Part shown: positions 59,054 to 64,000 of the stretch, one piece after another | Position numbering within the stretch: position 1 is the stretch's first letter | Layout: the number at the start of each line of letters is the position of its first letter | From: an uncultured virus (IMG/VR IMGVR_UViG_3300029705_003489) | Lineage: Duplodnaviria > Heunggongvirae > Uroviricota > Caudoviricetes | Direction: 5' to 3' (one strand) | Virus record (IMG/VR): IMGVR_UViG_3300029705_003489 | Length of the DNA stretch: 64,000 bases | Notes under the pieces: model-generated | What the model was told of the DNA's origin: nothing | Database searches by the model: none | Seen by the model: the letters and a program-made list of their open reading frames with translations, nothing else | Program-made: the position numbers and the translations under genes

Positions 59054-59452
59054 ATGGAAAATACGCAGATAAAATTAATAGGTTCATCTTTATCGACACG
59101 TACAGCGACTATTTTGTGGAGAAACGGAATCTCATATTTACATGAACTCACTAATTACTGTGAAGAAACATTAGTGGAGTTACGGAATATTGGTCCCAAT
59201 GCAGTGGAAGAAATTAAGGAGTTTTGTTTCAAATATGGGGTACATATCTTTAACCGAGAAGCACTACTTTGTGAGGAGATTGGAATTGAGTTGACTCCGG
59301 CAGAGTATGCAAAGGTCTTCAAGTATGGTATATCTGATAAACAGGATTTGTTTGATACAGATGGTGTTTTACTGGAACGCGAGTTTGGTGCAAATTCGGT
59401 TCTGTGCAAAAAACTAAAAAAAATAAAATTGCATATGTATGAAGGACTTTGA
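59054..59452 (+). CDS. RNA polymerase alpha-CTD-like protein
   Basis: LSTRT...L.RNGI..L.EL....EE.L..LRNIG..A..EI. Confidence 0.75.
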   Translation: MENTQIKLIGSSLSTRTATILWRNGISYLHELTNYCEETLVELRNIGPNAVEEIKEFCFKYGVHIFNREALLCEEIGIELTPAEYAKVFKYGISDKQDLFDTDGVLLEREFGANSVLCKKLKKIKLHMYEGL

Positions 59453-59487
59453 AGTTAAATATTGAGAATAGGCGAGGAATATTGACA

Positions 59488-60396
59488 ATGAAAAACAAGA
59501 TTAAAATTATAGCAGTTTCTGTGCTTTTTGTACTAGGATTAGTTGGAATGATAGCTTGCGGTACTGATTCAAATAAAACACTACATAATATTGATTTTAT
59601 TGAGGGCAAGTTGATTAACTACAATGATACGGAATATGCAGCAGCTTTCTTTAATTATACAAATGCTAGTGAAGCAACTGCCATGCCTTGTGATTTTATT
59701 GATGTAAAGGCTTTCCAGAATGGTATTGAGCTTACAATTAACGTATATACTGGACAAAGGATAGAGGATGCTATCCAATGTGATACATCAGTCCAATCTG
59801 ATACAACTGCAAAGGTAATATGGCTTTATGAAATTAGGGATTATTCTATAGTAACCTTAGAAATTTCTGATGGAAGCACCTATACATTTGAACTGACGCA
59901 GCCGGAGCCAACGGAAATTCCTGTAGAGATAACAGAAGAACCAGAAGTAGACCCAGTTGTCGTATTTATGGAAGAAATAGTTGCTGCATTTAATGCACAA
60001 GCAAATGAGCAATTAGTTTTTACGGAAGATTTTACACCGTCGGATAAAGAAAATGGGCATTACAGAACGGAATTTCGTTTAAATGCATATAAGGATGCTC
60101 TTGGCAAATCTTACCTTTTAGGGGATAAGGTGGTTGATTTTGTTGCCTCAAAGGATTTCTTTGGAGATATTTCTTTTAGGGTATATACAAATGATACATC
60201 TTGGGAGCAGGTTATATCACTTGTACAGATTATTTCTCCATTAGTAGATAAGGAACTTTCCGGTGAGGAACTGGAAGCAACGATAAATAAAATCACAGAA
60301 AGTAAGTCTGCGAATGGTTTATACTTTGGCAAACTTGGTATGGTTCTGTCTGGCAGTGATGATAAGGGATACGAATTAATGTTAAAGAACGATTAA
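59488..60396 (+). CDS. Lipoprotein (DUF5067-like Ig fold plus second domain)
   Basis: MIAC lipobox; FNYTN...KAFQNGIEL. Confidence 0.7.
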   Translation: MKNKIKIIAVSVLFVLGLVGMIACGTDSNKTLHNIDFIEGKLINYNDTEYAAAFFNYTNASEATAMPCDFIDVKAFQNGIELTINVYTGQRIEDAIQCDTSVQSDTTAKVIWLYEIRDYSIVTLEISDGSTYTFELTQPEPTEIPVEITEEPEVDPVVVFMEEIVAAFNAQANEQLVFTEDFTPSDKENGHYRTEFRLNAYKDALGKSYLLGDKVVDFVASKDFFGDISFRVYTNDTSWEQVISLVQIISPLVDKELSGEELEATINKITESKSANGLYFGKLGMVLSGSDDKGYELMLKND

Positions 60397-60406
60397 GAGG
60401 CGGATT

Positions 60407-62539
60407 ATGAAAAAAGGAAAGAAACTTTGGTGGATATTATTTGGTTTTACAGCAGTAATGACACTATTTTCATTTTCAATAACACCGGATTATGAGGCAA
60501 GTGCAAAGGATTTATTTTTGTATCGCTTTAGTGGCGCTCTTTTATTTGGTGTATTTGCAATAGCTTTTCTCATTCAGACCGATATAGGCGGAATAAAGCA
60601 AAAGTTAGGCTTAGAATCCATAAAGAAGAAAGTATTGTTTTGGATTGCTACGGTTGCAGTAAGCATAACAGCTTTTGGCGTTGTTGATGGTATGACAAGT
60701 GAGGAATTTCGGAATGCAAGAATGTCGCTTACTGTTACGCCGGCTCCAACCGCTGAACCTACGATTACAGAAATAGCAGTAAACGTTGATAAAGCGATGC
60801 CTACGGATGTTCCAGAACCTACAGGAACGGTAACACCAACGGAAGTTCCTACTCCGATTAGTGAGCCGACACCAACCAGTGTTGTGAAGGTTGCTACACC
60901 AACTCCGACACTTGCTCCGGAAGAGACCGATATTGATGGTTATGTCTTTAATTTTGATAATGCAGTATTCGAAGTAAACGGATTGGAAATTACTTTCTAT
61001 TCTGTAGAATTTGAAAAAGAGCTTTCCGTGGGTGGCTATTCTACGATATTTGAATATTCTGTAAAGAATACTGGTACTACAGAAGCAACTTTAAAATTTG
61101 CTACTACAAATCAGTTATATTTTAGTGATGGGGATTTAGCAGTACTTGCAGTACAGGCAATAAATTCTTCTAAGCAAGGATATGAAACCAGTTACCGTTT
61201 ACAACCGGGAGAAGAAACAGAAAAGACTAAAATTCTTTTGACGGCAACTTCCAGTACTACGGATGCACGCATTGATGGTATTGATTATCCTAAGATTACT
61301 ATCGAAAATATTATGTCCACGGAGCCTGTAACGATAGGAATTACTTTTACAGGCTGGGTAAATGATAATCAAGAATCTACAAAAGTAACTTTCAATGTCA
61401 ATGGTGGAGTAGAAGTAAGTCCGATAGATACACCAACTCCTACACCGGAACCTACCAATACACCAACACCAATGCCAACGGTGGCTCCAACGAATACTCC
61501 GGTTCCAGAACCGGAAGTGTCATTAGAAGATAGCTGGTTCTCGGTTATATATTTTAATGTGGGCCAAGGAGATGCTGCATTGGTTGAATGTGACGGTCAT
61601 TATATGTTAATTGATGGTGGAACTTCGTCATATTCCAGTACATTATATTCCTACTTGAAAGAACAGAAAATTGATACTTTGGATATTGTGGTTGCGTCTC
61701 ATGCACATAATGACCATGTAGGTGGACTTGCAGGTGCTTTAAATTATGCTAAGGCTGATTTGGTATTGTGTCCGGTAACGGAATACGACACGGATGAGTT
61801 CCGAGCATTTAAGAAATATGCAGAGAAGAATGGTCCCGGTATTACAGTACCGGAAGTCGGAGATACATATCGGCTAAGTAATGCTACGGTTACAATCAAT
61901 GGTGTAAATGCCGGTGCTGATAATGATACATCGATTGTTATGACTGTTGAATACAGAGGAGAAAAATTTGTATTCACAGGTGATGCAGAGTATGCTGCAG
62001 AAGTGGCTGCGGTAAAGAATATCGAAGGTCCTGTAATGGCATTAAAGGTAAGCCATCACGGAAGTGATACATCATCTACATATCAGTTTTTACGTGAAGT
62101 TGCTCCGATTTATGCTGTAATTTCATGTGGTTATGGAAATGAGTATGGCCATCCAACAGAAACGGTGTTGAGCCGACTTGATGATGCAGATGCTGAAATA
62201 TTAAGAACTGATTTACAGGGAGATATTTATTTCGAATATACCGAAGGTGAGTGGTATTACGGATATGAAACGGAAGTGGATTATGCACTTATTTTAACAC
62301 CGGGTAGTTCATTTGTGGCTGATACAGGAGACACTGATACAGAAACCACTGTCGATAGAAACAACACATCTACTTCTGGTGCAGATTATATCGGCAATGC
62401 AAACAGTATGGTATTTCATTATCCGGGATGTTCCAGTGTAAAGCGGATGAAGGAATCTAATAAGCGCTATTACGAAAATGTAACAAGAGAAGATATGATA
62501 AATAAGGGTTATAAGCCATGTGGTAATTGTAATCCGTAA
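60407..62539 (+). CDS. Membrane-anchored ComEC/Rec2-like metallo-beta-lactamase hydrolase with PT-rich linkers and C-terminal Ada-like Zn site
   Basis: 3 N-terminal TMs; VGQGDA, SHAHNDHVGG, TGDAE, SHHGS, ISCG..N.YGHP; FHYPGC...GYKPCGNCNP. Confidence 0.88.
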   Translation: MKKGKKLWWILFGFTAVMTLFSFSITPDYEASAKDLFLYRFSGALLFGVFAIAFLIQTDIGGIKQKLGLESIKKKVLFWIATVAVSITAFGVVDGMTSEEFRNARMSLTVTPAPTAEPTITEIAVNVDKAMPTDVPEPTGTVTPTEVPTPISEPTPTSVVKVATPTPTLAPEETDIDGYVFNFDNAVFEVNGLEITFYSVEFEKELSVGGYSTIFEYSVKNTGTTEATLKFATTNQLYFSDGDLAVLAVQAINSSKQGYETSYRLQPGEETEKTKILLTATSSTTDARIDGIDYPKITIENIMSTEPVTIGITFTGWVNDNQESTKVTFNVNGGVEVSPIDTPTPTPEPTNTPTPMPTVAPTNTPVPEPEVSLEDSWFSVIYFNVGQGDAALVECDGHYMLIDGGTSSYSSTLYSYLKEQKIDTLDIVVASHAHNDHVGGLAGALNYAKADLVLCPVTEYDTDEFRAFKKYAEKNGPGITVPEVGDTYRLSNATVTINGVNAGADNDTSIVMTVEYRGEKFVFTGDAEYAAEVAAVKNIEGPVMALKVSHHGSDTSSTYQFLREVAPIYAVISCGYGNEYGHPTETVLSRLDDADAEILRTDLQGDIYFEYTEGEWYYGYETEVDYALILTPGSSFVADTGDTDTETTVDRNNTSTSGADYIGNANSMVFHYPGCSSVKRMKESNKRYYENVTREDMINKGYKPCGNCNP

Positions 62540-62562
62540 CTAACCAAGAGGGAGAAACAAAA

Positions 62563-62898
62563 ATGAAAAGAATTTATGTAATTTTAGTATCAGTATTATT
62601 AGTCATGACTTTGGTAGCGTGTGGAGGTCAGAAAATAACAGTGGATTTTGAAAATGAGGTGGACTTCGAAGTTGCGCTTAATGCCGGAGAAGATGTAACT
62701 GGAAAAGTTGTGACATTTACTGTTAAGGAACTTGTACCCAATAGTGCATTTGGATATAATCTTCAAGCAGGAGAGCATTTGAATTTTTGCTCGGAAAAAA
62801 ATCCAGGTGCAAAGGCGGGAGAGGTCGTAACAGCTAGGGTAACAGAGGTGTCATCTATGCTTGGTTCATACATAATTACATATGAAATAGTTGATTAA
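62563..62898 (+). CDS. Small lipoprotein (possible OB-fold)
   Basis: LVAC lipobox; GKVVTFTV...GEVVTARV. Confidence 0.7.
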   Translation: MKRIYVILVSVLLVMTLVACGGQKITVDFENEVDFEVALNAGEDVTGKVVTFTVKELVPNSAFGYNLQAGEHLNFCSEKNPGAKAGEVVTARVTEVSSMLGSYIITYEIVD

Positions 62899-62989
62899 AA
62901 AGTGTTTTACTGCGAATATAACTTGATATTTTCGTTGGATTGAGCGTTACTATGAATACCTAATGATAGGTAAGAAAGGAGTATGCTCT

Positions 62990-63415
62990 ATGACAGAAAT
63001 TCAAGGAATGCAGATTTTGAGTTTACGCAAACAAGGACTTGGTTATAAGCAGATTGCTTCGATGGTTAGTGTCTCTCGTGATTCTGTTCGCAGTTATTGT
63101 AAATGCAGAGGATTGGGAGGATATCAGGCAGCAACACAAGTCAATATGAAAGAACTATTGAAGCGAGGCGAAGCCTGTAGTTTCTGTGGAGGGACTATCA
63201 AGAAAGCAACAACAGGCAGACCAAAGCGATTCTGCTGCGATGAATGCAGAATGAGATATTGGAAAGGACACCGAAGTGAAGTGAAAAGAAGTCCCAGTGC
63301 GATTTATATCCGGGAATGCCCTTACTGTAAGGAGATATTTGAAGTGTATGGTAATAAAACGCAGAAATATTGCTGCCATGACCATTATATAAAGGACAGA
63401 TTTTATCAAGAATAA
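62990..63415 (+). CDS. HTH + Zn-finger protein (copy 2, paralogue of 20150)
   Basis: About 80% identical to 20150..20602 by manual alignment. Confidence 0.88.
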   Translation: MTEIQGMQILSLRKQGLGYKQIASMVSVSRDSVRSYCKCRGLGGYQAATQVNMKELLKRGEACSFCGGTIKKATTGRPKRFCCDECRMRYWKGHRSEVKRSPSAIYIRECPYCKEIFEVYGNKTQKYCCHDHYIKDRFYQE

Positions 63416-63437
63416 AACAGAATAATTCCAATTACGA

Positions 63438-63474
63438 GAAGATGGAACCCCCATTTTTGGGGGTATCCATCTTT
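63438..63474 (+). terminator. Intrinsic terminator shielding the right junction
   Basis: AAGATGGAACCCCCA / TGGGGGTATCCATCTT hairpin then T-rich tract. Confidence 0.7.
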
Positions 63475-63581
63475 ATCTTTATATCTTTCGTTCTCAGGTG
63501 CATAATTCGGGGGAATGTTGTCATATGAACATATATTGCAGAATATCGGAGAAGTAAAAGGGTAAATATAAAGGAATTAGG

Positions 63582-63585
63582 CGGG
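63582..63585 (+). repeat. Right attachment core CGGG
   Basis: Directly precedes C TTG CAT ATT TCG (GLHIS) of comEC. Confidence 0.8.
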
Positions 63586-64000
63586 CTTGCATATTTCGAT
63601 GCTGTGCATGGGATTGTTCCGGATGCTTCGGAAAATGACGGTACCGCTTCGGTTATCTGTGGCGATAGCTTCGATATTTTTAATGTTCTATGTAATCTTC
63701 ACCGGAGCAAGTACTTCGTCGGTCAGAGCGGCAATTATGTGCCTGGTTACTTTTGGTGCCGTGCTACTGCGAAGGAGCTACGATTTGCTTTCTTCTCTTT
63801 CTTTTGCTGCTATTGTAGTTACTGTGAGATGGCCTGCAGAAGTAGACTCAGCCGGCTTTCTTCTTTCTTTTGGGGCAGTGCTTGGGATAGCTTTGGCGCA
63901 GGAGATAGAATATGTGGTGCTTCAGACGCGGGAAGGAAAACGTCCGTGGTGGTGTATATTTTTGTTCAGCGGCATGATACAGTGTGTTACTATGCCGGTA
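63584..64000 (+). pseudogene. comEC: 3' fragment of ComEC (runs out of the window)
   Basis: GLHISMLCMGLF...FTGASTSSVRAAIM...RRSYDLLSSL...AGFLLSFGAV; in-frame TAG at 63578-63580 just upstream. Confidence 0.93.

Larger units (their letters stand above)
124..63585. mobile_element. Integrated prophage / composite element inserted in comEC
   Basis: Flanked by the two halves of comEC with CGGG at 124-127 and 63582-63585; contains full siphovirus modules and three large serine recombinases. Confidence 0.92.

Noticed and set aside
60407..62539. MBL gene as the displaced 3' end of host comEC or as an antibiotic beta-lactamase
   Set aside because: It has its own N-terminus and lies inside the element, the true comEC resumes at 63584, and the motifs are ComEC/Rec2-type rather than class B beta-lactamase
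20150..63415. Duplicated HTH-Zn gene as a DGR template/variable pair or as att repeats
   Set aside because: No reverse transcriptase seen, differences are not adenine-specific, and both copies are intact ORFs
1..64000. tRNA, rRNA, reverse transcriptase, IS transposase, alternative genetic code
   Set aside because: None recognised by eye; genes are full length in the standard code and TAG is used as a normal stop in many genes

Overview
Almost the whole window is one integrated element of about 63.5 kb (124-63585) inserted into a Firmicutes (Clostridia/Lachnospiraceae-like, inferred) comEC DNA-uptake gene. The 5' fragment ends ...GIAHILAISG at base 128 and the 3' fragment resumes GLHISML... 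at 63584. A 4-bp CGGG core is duplicated at both junctions, so precise excision would rebuild the conserved ISGLH motif in frame. From left to right the element carries: a SymE-like toxin; a LlaJI/McrBC-like restriction-modification operon; an XRE repressor region; a siphovirus-type prophage; and a right arm. The prophage has PolA/VapE replication genes, an HNH and putative cos, two DNA methyltransferases, an amidoligase/GGCT cassette, an HK97-type head, a long tail with a GH18 hydrolase, holin/endolysin and two tandem large serine recombinases. The right arm has a convergent operon made of a third serine recombinase, two small paralogues of its C-terminal domain and two ParB-like proteins, then a divergent XRE pair and membrane/lipoprotein cargo including a ComEC-like metallo-beta-lactamase. 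Hidden structure found by reading the DNA includes an out-of-frame gene nested in the cytosine methyltransferase, a family of repeated promoter cassettes, a tail beta-sandwich domain split across genes with two alternative second halves, a -1 tail-chaperone frameshift, a putative iteron origin and a duplicated HTH/Zn gene. All product calls come from motif recognition by eye; no searches were run.
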